Notes: generated by a model not told the origin, from the sequence alone. DNA of 19,986 bases from a bacterium (GCA_043800755.1 JAZDMQ010000015.1:1-19986); one strand, 5' to 3'; shown: positions 8,695-16,984, counted from the first letter of the stretch. Made by a program: numbers and translations.

Positions 8695-8782
8695 CCTGGC
8701 AACCCTGCTACCCTATCCCCGAGAGGACTTAGGCCAGTGGCTTTGCGTCCCACTCTTTCGGTGTGGTTTGCCTTTTTCAAGT
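8695..8782 (-). ncRNA. Cyclic di-GMP-I (GEMM-I) riboswitch
   Basis: The minus strand reads CUUGAAAAAGGCAAACCACACC-GAAA-GAGUGGGACGCAAAGCCACUGGCCUAAGUCCUCUCGGGGAUAGGGUAGCAGGGUUGCCAGG. It matches the GEMM-I hallmarks: GGCAAACC, GAAA tetraloop, GGGACGCAAAGCC, CCUAA...GGUAGC receptor region, GGGUUGCC and P1 CUUG/CAGG. It lies in the 5' leader of the 7800..8627 gene. Confidence 0.93.
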
Positions 8783-8831
8783 TTTTGTCTTTGTATCAGC
8801 TCGGAAGAGCGTCCTACCGGTCTCTATATTT

Positions 8832-8848
8832 CGCAAAAAAGATGCCAA
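8832..8848 (-). promoter_or_regulatory. Sigma54 (RpoN) -24/-12 promoter
   Basis: Minus strand TTGGCATCTTTTTTGCG has GG-N10-GC spacing with TGGCA and TTGC. The predicted start near 8821 is about 40 nt before the riboswitch. Confidence 0.75.
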
Positions 8849-8953
8849 TAAAGGTAAAGGGGAACGGACTCCCGATTTCACCCGCCATCCCTGTTGGACG
8901 GGCTCGGCCGGACATCCATGGAGCCGCCTCATTGCCCCGCCTTCCTCAGAAGC

Positions 8954-8992
8954 TGTTACCTGGAGGTAACAATTTGGGTAATCCTTTTCCCA
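8954..8992. promoter_or_regulatory. Paired 18-bp palindromes, candidate enhancer (UAS) for a sigma54 activator
   Basis: TGTTACCT-GG-AGGTAACA (8954-8971, perfect) and TGGGTAATCCTTTTCCCA (8975-8992, imperfect) start 21 bp apart, about 105-145 bp upstream of the -24 element. Confidence 0.45.
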
Positions 8993-9118
8993 GATCGGTC
9001 TATAAGGGCAGAAAGGAGGGTGGATGCCTCCATGCCCTTGCTGTCTGGTGCTCACGATATCCTTGCCGCCCCAGGCCGCGTAAACCCATTGCTGGGGACT
9101 GCTCTGTTAATTTGAGAC

Positions 9119-9147
9119 TTGATTTTCAAGTCCCTATGCTGCATAAT
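9119..9147 (+). promoter_or_regulatory. Candidate sigma70 promoter of the ileS operon
   Basis: TTGATT (9119-9124), 17-nt spacer, CATAAT (9142-9147), in an AT-rich patch about 135 bp before ileS. Confidence 0.55.
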
Positions 9148-9281
9148 AAAAACAGTTTACTGTTCGGGTGATAGCGGAACGATTCCCTGATGGCCCATAC
9201 AGACGGCCTATCAAAGCGGCCGGCTATCTCCCTCAGGCGTCCATTTTAATCACCAATTCTTCCGAGGATATTGAGGACATG

Positions 9282-12071
9282 ATGGAGTACAAAGCAACCC
9301 TCCACCTCCCCCAGACCTCTTTTCCCATGAAGGCCAACCTGGTCGAGAGAGAGCCGGCTATTCTGAGATTCTGGGAGGAGATGGGACTCTATGAGCGATT
9401 GCGGGAGCAGAGGAAAGATAAGCCGCGCTGGGTCCTCCACGACGGCCCTCCCTATGCCAACGGGCATATCCACATTGGGCACGCCCTGAACAAGATCCTC
9501 AAGGACTTCGTGGTGAAGAGCAAGTCCATGGCGGGATATAATGCGGCCTTCATACCCGGCTGGGACTGCCACGGCCTGCCCATCGAGCACCAGGTGGAAA
9601 AGGAGCTGGGGAAGAGAAAGGATGAGATGTCCCTGGCGGAGAGGCGCAGGCTCTGCCGGGAGTACGCAGAGAAGTTTGTGGAGATCCAGCGCGCGGAATT
9701 CCGCCGCCTGGGGGTCCTGGGGGATTGGGATCGCCCCTATCGGACCATGGACTTTCCCTATGAGGCGACCATCGTCTCCCAATTGGGGAAGTTTGTGGGC
9801 GGAGGGAGCCTCTACAAGGGGTTGAAGCCGGTGCACTGGTGCTCCTCCTGTCAGACCGCCCTGGCCGAGGCGGAGGTAGAATACGAGGACCACGCCTCCC
9901 TCTCCATCTTTGTCAAGTTTCCCCTGCACAGCGATCCCTCCGGGATCCTCCCCTGCTTGGCCCAGCAGAAGGTCTCGGTGGTCATCTGGACCACCACTCC
10001 CTGGACCCTTCCTGCCAATTTGGCGGTTGCTTTCCATCCCCAGTCTGACTATTTGGCAGTCAAGGTGGTGGGTGAGGTCTTCATCCTGGCCAGCGCCTTG
10101 CTCCCCCAGTTGAAGGGGAAGCTGGGCTGGAGAGATCCCCAAGTCCTGGGCTCCTTCAAGGGAAAGAGCATGGAAGGGATGAAGTGCCGGCACCCCTTCC
10201 TGAATCAAGAATCCCTCTGCATCCTCGCCGATTATGTCACCCTGGATCAAGGGACCGGGGCCGTCCACACCGCCCCCGGGCATGGGGCGGAGGACTACGA
10301 GTCGGGCATCAGATATGGCCTCCCCATCTACAACCCGGTGGATGATCGTGGCCATTTCCTTCCGGAGATCAAATTCTTCGGAGGCATGGAGGTATGGGAG
10401 GCGAATGCGGCCATCACAAAAAAGCTCAAGGAAGAGGGCATGCTCTTGGGCACGGAGACCCTGACCCACGCTTACCCCCATTGCTGGCGCTGCCGGTCGC
10501 CTATCATCTTTCGGGCCACCGAGCAGTGGTTCCTCTCCATGGAGAGAAATGGGCTGCGCCAGAGGGCGTTACAGCAGATCAGGGAGGTGAAGTGGATCCC
10601 TCCCTGGGGCGAAGAGCGGATCTATAATATGATCGCCAGCCGCCCGGACTGGTGCATCTCTCGGCAGCGCGTCTGGGGGATTCCTATTACCGTGTTCTAC
10701 TGCAAAAGCTGCGGGGCCACGGTCGCCGAGCAGCCGCTCTTCGATCATGTGGCCTCCCTCATGGCCGATCAGGGGTCCGATATCTGGTTTTCCTGGGAGG
10801 CGGAAGACCTCCTCCCTCCCGGATATCTTTGTCCTCAATGCCGAGGGGCGGCCTTTGAGAAGGAGATGGATATCCTGGATGTCTGGTTCGATTCCGGGGT
10901 GAGCCAGGCGGTAGTGCTCCGGACCAGGGCCGACCAGGGCTGGCCGGCCGATATGTATCTGGAGGGGAGCGACCAGCATCGAGGCTGGTTCCACAGCTCT
11001 CTGTTGGCCGCCGTGGGGACCGATGACCTGGCCCCCTACCGCTCCGTCCTCACCCATGGCTTTGTGATGGACGGGGAGGGCAGGAAGATGTCCAAGTCCG
11101 TGGGGAATGTGGTCTCCCCCCAGGAGGTGATCGATCAATTTGGGGCGGAGATCCTCCGGCTCTGGGTGGCGGCGGAGGATTATCGAGACGATATCCGCAT
11201 CTCGGGAGAGATCCTGAAGCAGCTCTCCGAGGGCTATCGCAAGATCCGCAATACCTTCCGGTACCTCTTGGGGAACCTCTACGATTTTGATCCCCAGAGG
11301 GACCGCGTCCCCTATCAGGATCTGTTGGAGATCGACCGCTTCACCCTGTATCAGCTGCAGCGGCTGATCCAGAGGATTCGCAGGGCCTACGAATCTTACG
11401 AATTTCATATCCTCTTTCACGGCCTCCACAACTTCTGCATCCACGACCTCTCTGCCTTCTATCTGGATGTGCTGAAGGACAGGATCTACATCGCCAAGGC
11501 CGACTCCCCGCTCCGGCGCGCGGCCCAGACCACCCTGTATGAGGTGTTGGTGACCCTGACCAAGCTCATTGCCCCGGTCCTCTCCTTCACTGCGGAGGAG
11601 GTCTGGCAGCAGATCCCGAAAGGACCGCAGGATCCGGAGAGCGTCCATCTCTGCGTCTTCCCTGAATCCCAGGAGGGCTATCTCGACGAGGAGTTGGCAG
11701 AGCGATGGAAGAGGCTGCTAACGGTGAGGGATGAGGTGCTTGCGGCCTTGGAGGGGGCGCGCAAGGAGAAGCTGATCGGCAACTCCCTGGAGGCAGAGGT
11801 GAAGATCCGGGCCAATCACCTGCTCTATGACCTCCTTTCGCGCCATGAGGGAGAGCTGGCGGCCCTCTTTATTGTCTCCCGGGTGGGCCTGATTCCCGCG
11901 GGGCCCGGGGAGACCGAGGAGGGGAGGGAGCTGGAGGTTCGGGTTAACCGGGTCAAGGGTGAGCGATGCGAGCGCTGTTGGAATTACAGCGAGGCCCTGG
12001 GTAGGGATCCCTCTCACCCCACCCTCTGTCCCAGATGCACCGCAGTGATGCGGCAGATCTCAGGAAGCTAA
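9282..12071 (+). CDS. ileS: Isoleucine--tRNA ligase (type 1)
   Basis: LHDGPPYANGHIHIGH, GWDCHGLP, WTTTPWTLP, DWCISRQR and KMSKS, plus a C-terminal CERCW...CPRC zinc finger. Start is ATG 9279 or 9282 (MEYKATLHLP), not 9168. Confidence 0.98.
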   Translation: MEYKATLHLPQTSFPMKANLVEREPAILRFWEEMGLYERLREQRKDKPRWVLHDGPPYANGHIHIGHALNKILKDFVVKSKSMAGYNAAFIPGWDCHGLPIEHQVEKELGKRKDEMSLAERRRLCREYAEKFVEIQRAEFRRLGVLGDWDRPYRTMDFPYEATIVSQLGKFVGGGSLYKGLKPVHWCSSCQTALAEAEVEYEDHASLSIFVKFPLHSDPSGILPCLAQQKVSVVIWTTTPWTLPANLAVAFHPQSDYLAVKVVGEVFILASALLPQLKGKLGWRDPQVLGSFKGKSMEGMKCRHPFLNQESLCILADYVTLDQGTGAVHTAPGHGAEDYESGIRYGLPIYNPVDDRGHFLPEIKFFGGMEVWEANAAITKKLKEEGMLLGTETLTHAYPHCWRCRSPIIFRATEQWFLSMERNGLRQRALQQIREVKWIPPWGEERIYNMIASRPDWCISRQRVWGIPITVFYCKSCGATVAEQPLFDHVASLMADQGSDIWFSWEAEDLLPPGYLCPQCRGAAFEKEMDILDVWFDSGVSQAVVLRTRADQGWPADMYLEGSDQHRGWFHSSLLAAVGTDDLAPYRSVLTHGFVMDGEGRKMSKSVGNVVSPQEVIDQFGAEILRLWVAAEDYRDDIRISGEILKQLSEGYRKIRNTFRYLLGNLYDFDPQRDRVPYQDLLEIDRFTLYQLQRLIQRIRRAYESYEFHILFHGLHNFCIHDLSAFYLDVLKDRIYIAKADSPLRRAAQTTLYEVLVTLTKLIAPVLSFTAEEVWQQIPKGPQDPESVHLCVFPESQEGYLDEELAERWKRLLTVRDEVLAALEGARKEKLIGNSLEAEVKIRANHLLYDLLSRHEGELAALFIVSRVGLIPAGPGETEEGRELEVRVNRVKGERCERCWNYSEALGRDPSHPTLCPRCTAVMRQISGS

Positions 12072-12072
12072 A

Positions 12073-12624
12073 GTGGGCCAGGGCGGAAAAGTCTACTTCT
12101 ACGGGCTGGCAGGCATCTTATTGGCAGCGGACCAGGCCTCCAAATTCCTGGTGGGCCAATGTATTCCTGCTTCCGCCTCCATTCCCATCATCCCTGGGCT
12201 CTTCAACCTCACTCATATCCTGAATCCGGGGGCGGCCTTCGGCTTTCTCGCCACCCAGGACGCCTCCTTCCGCAATCCTTTCTTCATCGGGATTTCTGCC
12301 CTTGCCCTCCTCATCCTGTTCTTTTACTATCGCCGCCACGGAGGATCGAGGACTCTCTCGAGTGTAAGCTTAGGGATGATTGGAGGAGGGGCGATGGGGA
12401 ATCTCCTGGACCGCCTCCGTCAGGGGGCGGTGGTGGACTTCCTCGACCTGCATGTGGGAGGCCATCACTGGCCGGCCTTTAACCTGGCCGATTCGGCCAT
12501 CTCCATCGGGGTGGGATTGCTGATCTGGGAACTGTGGAGGGAGACAGGGAGGCCGGCGCCGGGCACTGCATCCCGGGGCGGCACTGGACCCATCGCTCCG
12601 CAGATGAGGAAAGGTGGGCCCTGA
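12073..12624 (+). CDS. lspA: Lipoprotein signal peptidase (SPase II)
   Basis: DQASK, NPGAAFG, GGAMGNLLDR, VVDFLD and WPAFNLADSAI motifs, directly after ileS. Confidence 0.97.
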   Translation: MGQGGKVYFYGLAGILLAADQASKFLVGQCIPASASIPIIPGLFNLTHILNPGAAFGFLATQDASFRNPFFIGISALALLILFFYYRRHGGSRTLSSVSLGMIGGGAMGNLLDRLRQGAVVDFLDLHVGGHHWPAFNLADSAISIGVGLLIWELWRETGRPAPGTASRGGTGPIAPQMRKGGP

Positions 12625-13394
12625 TGCATCCGATCCTCTTCAACATTGGACCTTTTACCCTCCACACCTACGGCCTCTTCATCTCCATGGGGGTGCTATT
12701 GACCATTGCCGTAGCGGTCAGGGAGGCCCGAAGGGAAGGCCTGGATTCACAGCAGATGCTGGATCTGGGTTTTTATCTTCTGCTCGCCGCCATCCTCGGC
12801 TCCCGCCTCCTCTATGTCCTCATCTTTTACCAGGATTACCTGCCGCGCCCCTGGGCCATCTTTAAGCTTTGGGAGGGGGGATTGGTGTTTTATGGGGGGC
12901 TACTCCTGGCGTTGCCGGTGGGGATCTGGTACCTCCGCCGCCACCATCTACCCCTCTGGAAGACGACGGATATCTGGGCGGCTCCGCTGGCCCTGGGACA
13001 CGCCGTGGGTCGGGTGGGCTGCTTTGCGGCGGGATGCTGCTATGGCAGACCGACCGAGATCCCCTGGGCGGTTATCTTTACCGATCCTCAATCCCTGGCG
13101 ATCCTGGGTGTTCCGCTCCATCCGGTGCAGCTTTACGAGGCCCTTTGCAACCTCCTCCTCTTTCTTTTCCTTTACTTCTATCGTCCTCACCGCCGCTTCG
13201 ATGGCCAAGTCTTCTGGCTTTATGTGCTGCTCTATTCCCTGATCCGCTTTGCCCTCGAATTCCTGCGGGGAGATGCGCGGGGCTTCATCCTTCCCCCTTA
13301 TCTCTCCACCTCTCAGGGGTTCAGCATCCTCCTGGTGGCCGCCTCCCTGATGATGCTCCAGCGTCTAAGAAAAATAAGGAAAAGAGGGGCCTGA
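12624..13394 (+). CDS. lgt: Prolipoprotein diacylglyceryl transferase
   Basis: MHPILF start with TGATG coupling to lspA; GSRLLYV, WEGGLVFYGG, GRVGCFAAGCCYG, HPVQLYE and RFALEFLRGD motifs. Confidence 0.96.
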   Translation: MHPILFNIGPFTLHTYGLFISMGVLLTIAVAVREARREGLDSQQMLDLGFYLLLAAILGSRLLYVLIFYQDYLPRPWAIFKLWEGGLVFYGGLLLALPVGIWYLRRHHLPLWKTTDIWAAPLALGHAVGRVGCFAAGCCYGRPTEIPWAVIFTDPQSLAILGVPLHPVQLYEALCNLLLFLFLYFYRPHRRFDGQVFWLYVLLYSLIRFALEFLRGDARGFILPPYLSTSQGFSILLVAASLMMLQRLRKIRKRGA

Positions 13395-14413
13395 TGAAGG
13401 ATCCGGGATCTGAGGATCACAAACCTGGGGAGCTTCACTACCTCGTCTCCGCCTCCGATTCCCATCAGCGGCTCGATACGTTTCTCTCCTCCCTCTCCCA
13501 GCTTTCTCGGTCTCAGGTGCAGCGGCTGATCGAGAAGGGCCGCGTCTGGGTGAACGAAAAACCGGGGAAGAAGGACCACAAGGTCAAGGCCGGGGAGGCG
13601 GTGGTCCTTTCCCCCTTGCCGGATCAACCCTCGGACCTCTGCCCAGAGGCCATTCCTCTCATGGTCCTCTTCGAGGACGAATCCATCATCGTCCTGAACA
13701 AGGAGCCGGGGATCGTGGTCCATCCCGCCCCAGGACATCCCTCCGGAACCTTGGTTCACGCCCTGCTTCACCATTGCCCGGACCTGGGGGCGATTGGGGG
13801 CATCCTGCGCCCGGGGATCGTCCACCGCCTGGACAAGGAGACCTCTGGCCTGCTGGTGGCGGCCAAGAGCCAAGAGGCCCATCAGTCCCTATCTTTGCAG
13901 TTCAAGTCCCGGAAGGTGAAGAAACAATATCTGGCCCTGGTCTTAGGGAAGGTCTCCCCGGATCGGGGGGAGGTGGAGGTCCCCATCGGCCGTTGCCTGG
14001 GGGACCGGAAGAAGATGGGGGTGAGGACCGGCAAGGCAAGGGTGGCGGTGACGCGCTATCGGGTCCTGGAGCGCTTCCCCGGTCTGACCCTGCTCGAAGT
14101 GACGCCCGAGACCGGGAGGACTCATCAGATCAGGGTGCATCTGGCGCACCTCGGCCACCCGATCTTAGGGGATCAGGTCTACGGGGGGAGAAGGAAGGCG
14201 GGGAGGGGGAGGGCCGGAGGAGGGGAGATCCTCGCCAAACGCCAAATGCTCCACGCCTGGCATCTAAGTTTCCTCCATCCGAAGAGCGGGGAATATTTGA
14301 CCTTTACGGCCCCTATTCCCTCTGACCTGGAGGGGATTTTGGAGGCCCTGCGATCCACAATGGGGGAGGGGGATGTGAGGGAAGAGGATTGGGGCGTTCT
14401 GTCGGAGGGGTGA
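13394..14413 (+). CDS. rluD: RluA/RluD family 23S rRNA pseudouridine synthase
   Basis: S4 domain (RLDTFLS...SRSQVQRLIEKG), NKEPGIVVHP, RPGIVHRLDKETSG, ETGRTHQIRVH, GHPILGD and QMLHA. Start at ATG 13394, coupled to the lgt stop. Confidence 0.93.
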   Translation: MKDPGSEDHKPGELHYLVSASDSHQRLDTFLSSLSQLSRSQVQRLIEKGRVWVNEKPGKKDHKVKAGEAVVLSPLPDQPSDLCPEAIPLMVLFEDESIIVLNKEPGIVVHPAPGHPSGTLVHALLHHCPDLGAIGGILRPGIVHRLDKETSGLLVAAKSQEAHQSLSLQFKSRKVKKQYLALVLGKVSPDRGEVEVPIGRCLGDRKKMGVRTGKARVAVTRYRVLERFPGLTLLEVTPETGRTHQIRVHLAHLGHPILGDQVYGGRRKAGRGRAGGGEILAKRQMLHAWHLSFLHPKSGEYLTFTAPIPSDLEGILEALRSTMGEGDVREEDWGVLSEG

Positions 14414-14560
14414 TCTATCGGGGGAATCAGATCATCGCCGGGACCGATCAGTTCATTGTCAGGCTGAAGGTCCTGCGGAGGAAATTCCTTTTCCTATGCC
14501 TTTCTTCAATCCCAGGTTCCGAACGGAAAAGCCTATGTGGTGGGGGTTGTAGGGGTGCCC

Positions 14561-14887
14561 TTACGCCCCTAACAGGGAGATCAGTCGTTCCTGGAGGGCC
14601 TGGGCAGGACAGGCACTGATGGCGATGAGTTTTTGCGGGGATCGGTGGCCTCCTTGCACCGAGAGCTGAGATCGCCTCAGTCCCAGTTGGTCGGCCAGAA
14701 ATCGGAGACACGCCTCGTTGGCCTTTCCTTCCACCGGGGGCGCGTTGACGGAGATCTTGAGGCAATCTCCCTGTACCCCGACGATCCTCTCCTGGGTGGA
14801 ACGAGGACGGAGGAGGATCTTGAGGAGGCACCCCTCGGGGCCTCCCTGAAGAAAAGGCAAGGGGGATTCGCGGCTATCTTCTCTCAC
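14561..14887 (-). CDS. DUF167 / YggU family protein
   Basis: LKISVNAPPVEGKANEACLRFLA...GHRSPQK signature, and position after yggT-divIVA. Confidence 0.9.
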   Translation of the reverse strand: MREDSRESPLPFLQGGPEGCLLKILLRPRSTQERIVGVQGDCLKISVNAPPVEGKANEACLRFLADQLGLRRSQLSVQGGHRSPQKLIAISACPAQALQERLISLLGA

Positions 14888-15362
14888 CTGCCTCTGCCTC
14901 TGGCCCGCCTTCGTCTTCCAGGCCGAAGCCGAGTAGTTCCTGATGGGCCTGGAGGATGGATCGCATCTTGGCCCGGAGGGTGCTCCGCTGGCGCTTGAGC
15001 TCGGCGATGTCTGCCTCTACCTGCCCCAGGCGCGACTGTGCCTCTTCGAGGATCTTCTTGGCCTGGATCTCTGCCTCGCGGGTGAGGATGTGGGCCTCCC
15101 GCCCCGCAGCGTCCTTGATCTGCTCTGAGAGCCTCTGCGCGGTGATGAGGGTATTGCGCAGGGCCGACTCGTTTTCCTGAAACTGGCTGATCTCCTGGGC
15201 TTGCTGCTTCAGCTTCTCTGCCTGGGCCGCATTCTCCCTCATCAACTTCTCCAGCTGCTCGGCCATATCCTTCAGGAAATCCTGGACCTCCCCCGGATCG
15301 AAGCCACGAAGGCGTCGGGAGAACTGGGTCTGCATTAGATCGAGAGGAGAGATCTTCATCAT
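14874..15362 (-). CDS. divIVA: DivIVA domain protein
   Basis: ISPLDL...FSRRLRGFDPGEVQDFL N-terminal motif followed by a coiled coil (LRNTLITAQR). Confidence 0.9.
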   Translation of the reverse strand: MMKISPLDLMQTQFSRRLRGFDPGEVQDFLKDMAEQLEKLMRENAAQAEKLKQQAQEISQFQENESALRNTLITAQRLSEQIKDAAGREAHILTREAEIQAKKILEEAQSRLGQVEADIAELKRQRSTLRAKMRSILQAHQELLGFGLEDEGGPEAEAGERR

Positions 15363-15658
15363 CTGAGCCTCCCTGCCAGATCGATAAGGGTGCGAACGAG
15401 AAAGCTGCGTAAGAAGTAGATGATCAAAACCGCGATTGCAGGAGACAGATCAAAGCCCAGGCCGCTTCCCGGAATGATCCGGCGCAGGGGCCGCAAGGCC
15501 GGCTCGGTGATGGCGTGCAGGAATCTGACCAGGGGGTGGTAGGGATCCGGGTGCACCCAGGAGATGAGGGCCCGGATGATGATGATCCAGAAGTAGAGGC
15601 CGAGGAGCCAGTCGAGGACTTGGGCGAGGGCCGCGAGGAAGTTGGCCAGAACGAACAA
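15359..15658 (-). CDS. yggT: YggT family membrane protein
   Basis: IIIRALISWVHPDPYHPLVRFLHAITEPALRPLRRIIP...FDLSP. Probable TTG start at 15658 with AAGGAGG upstream. Confidence 0.92.
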   Translation of the reverse strand: MFVLANFLAALAQVLDWLLGLYFWIIIIRALISWVHPDPYHPLVRFLHAITEPALRPLRRIIPGSGLGFDLSPAIAVLIIYFLRSFLVRTLIDLAGRLR

Positions 15659-15701
15659 GGGGAGCCTCCTTGAAGTTGACTGCAACAGGCTGGGGGGGCC
15701 T

Positions 15702-16514
15702 TCAGCGCGCCAGCTCCTGAGATCGGTGGGCGGCCGCCTCTGCTGCCTCTTGGAGGATGCCGCGGAAGTCCCTCTCCTCCAGGACCTTCAGGCCAGCCAG
15801 CGTGGTGCCTCCAGGAGAGGAGACTCGCTCTCGCAGGGTCCGGGGATCCTCCCCGGTCAAATCCACCATGCGGGCTGCGCCCAGAAAGGTCTGTACCACC
15901 AGGAGCTGGGCGACTTCCGCGGGAAGTCCGAGGTGCATGCCCGCCTCGCGCAGCGCCTCCATGGCCAAAAAGACATAGGCCGGTCCACTGCCCGAGACCG
16001 CGGTGACCGCATCCATTAAGGCCTCTTCCACCACGGCCACCTTCCCCACCGAGGAGAAGATTGATTTGGCCACCTCCAGATCCTCCGGGGTCGCATGGGG
16101 GCTCAGGCAGAGGGCGCTGGCCCCTACCAGGACCAGGGCGGGGGTATTGGGCATGACCCTCACCACCCGGGCCTCCCGCTGCAGCTCTTCGATGATCAGG
16201 GCGGTCGGGGTGCCCGCAGCGATGCTGATGAGGGTCTGGTCCGATCGCAGGGCCCCCTTGATTTCGCGGAGCACCTCCCTCATATTCTGGGGCTTGACGG
16301 CCAGGAGGAGAATGTCACATGCGGCCACCAGGGAGCAATTGTCCTCGAAGGACTTGAGGGAATACCTCTCGCGAAAGTACTGGAGGCGCTCGGCTCGTAC
16401 ATCGGAGACCAGAATGGATCCAGCATCGACAAGATGGGAGGTCAGGAGGCCGCGAATGAGGGCCTCCGCCATGTTTCCTGCGCCCAGAAATCCGATTCTC
16501 CTCCCTGAGAGCAT
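15702..16514 (-). CDS. proC: Pyrroline-5-carboxylate reductase
   Basis: IGFLGAGNMA, LAVKPQ, ISIAAG, RVMPNTP, TAVSGSGPAY and VSSPGGTT. Start at 16514 (SD GGAG) or 16526. Confidence 0.97.
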   Translation of the reverse strand: MLSGRRIGFLGAGNMAEALIRGLLTSHLVDAGSILVSDVRAERLQYFRERYSLKSFEDNCSLVAACDILLLAVKPQNMREVLREIKGALRSDQTLISIAAGTPTALIIEELQREARVVRVMPNTPALVLVGASALCLSPHATPEDLEVAKSIFSSVGKVAVVEEALMDAVTAVSGSGPAYVFLAMEALREAGMHLGLPAEVAQLLVVQTFLGAARMVDLTGEDPRTLRERVSSPGGTTLAGLKVLEERDFRGILQEAAEAAAHRSQELAR

Positions 16515-16595
16515 CCTCCCCTCCATATCGGCCCTTTATATATAGGCAGAGAGCCTTTCAAGTCAAGCACTTTCGGCGCGCAGGGCATTTTAGCC

Positions 16596-16639
16596 TTGCT
16601 TTCGCAGAGGATTTGGTCTATTTTTGGAAAAATTTTTCC
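16596..16639 (+). promoter_or_regulatory. Candidate sigma70 promoter with a 14-bp palindrome at the start site
   Basis: TTGCTT (16596-16601), 17 nt, TATTTT (16619-16624), then GGAAAAATTTTTCC (16626-16639). Confidence 0.4.
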
Positions 16640-16654
16640 CCTCGGGGGGCCCTG

Positions 16655-16984
16655 ATGATGAATGAGAGAACTGGGGTGCTACACCTTCTGGAACGGCTGC
16701 GATACGCCTTTGAGCAAAGTCGAGCATCCCGCACCGCGGAGCACTTGGCCCGGCAACTCTCCTCCCTCTCCGACCCAGTCTTACGGCTTCATAGCTTCGG
16801 CCAGAAACTACGGGAGATGTCTGCCATGCGGATCTCTCTGGGGCTACTGCCGCACCTTCTGCGCCAGGATTTAGTGGAGATTGCCCAGTATGAGTCCCTG
16901 CCTCCCGCGGTGAGGGAGAAGGCGAGCCGACTGGCCAGAAAGAGGGAGCTCGCCGCAACACTCTCCCTGAGGGAAGGGGACTGA
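16655..16984 (+). CDS. Hypothetical protein (alpha-helical, about 109 aa)
   Basis: Fills the gap divergent from proC, and its stop is TGATG-coupled to the next gene. No recognisable motif. Confidence 0.6.
   Translation: MMNERTGVLHLLERLRYAFEQSRASRTAEHLARQLSSLSDPVLRLHSFGQKLREMSAMRISLGLLPHLLRQDLVEIAQYESLPPAVREKASRLARKRELAATLSLREGD

Noticed and set aside
8473..9171. 232-aa plus-strand ORF
   Set aside because: It lies antisense across the Fn3 gene start, the riboswitch and the promoter, and has no protein-like features.
9150..9281. Possible T-box or other RNA element in the roughly 130-nt ileS leader
   Set aside because: No UGGNACC T-box sequence and no terminator. Only weak hairpins are present, and no known ncRNA is recognisable.
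9246..11648. Long antisense ORFs (411 aa and 359 aa)
   Set aside because: Shadow frames of GC-biased ileS codons.
12869..13393. 175-aa N-terminal extension of the rluD ORF
   Set aside because: It overlaps lgt in another frame. The true start is the TGATG-coupled ATG at 13394.
12073..13394. Functional link between lspA/lgt and the GGGC motif of the neighbouring CFI-box proteins
   Set aside because: ileS-lspA-lgt is a standard housekeeping arrangement, so the adjacency gives no evidence of a link.
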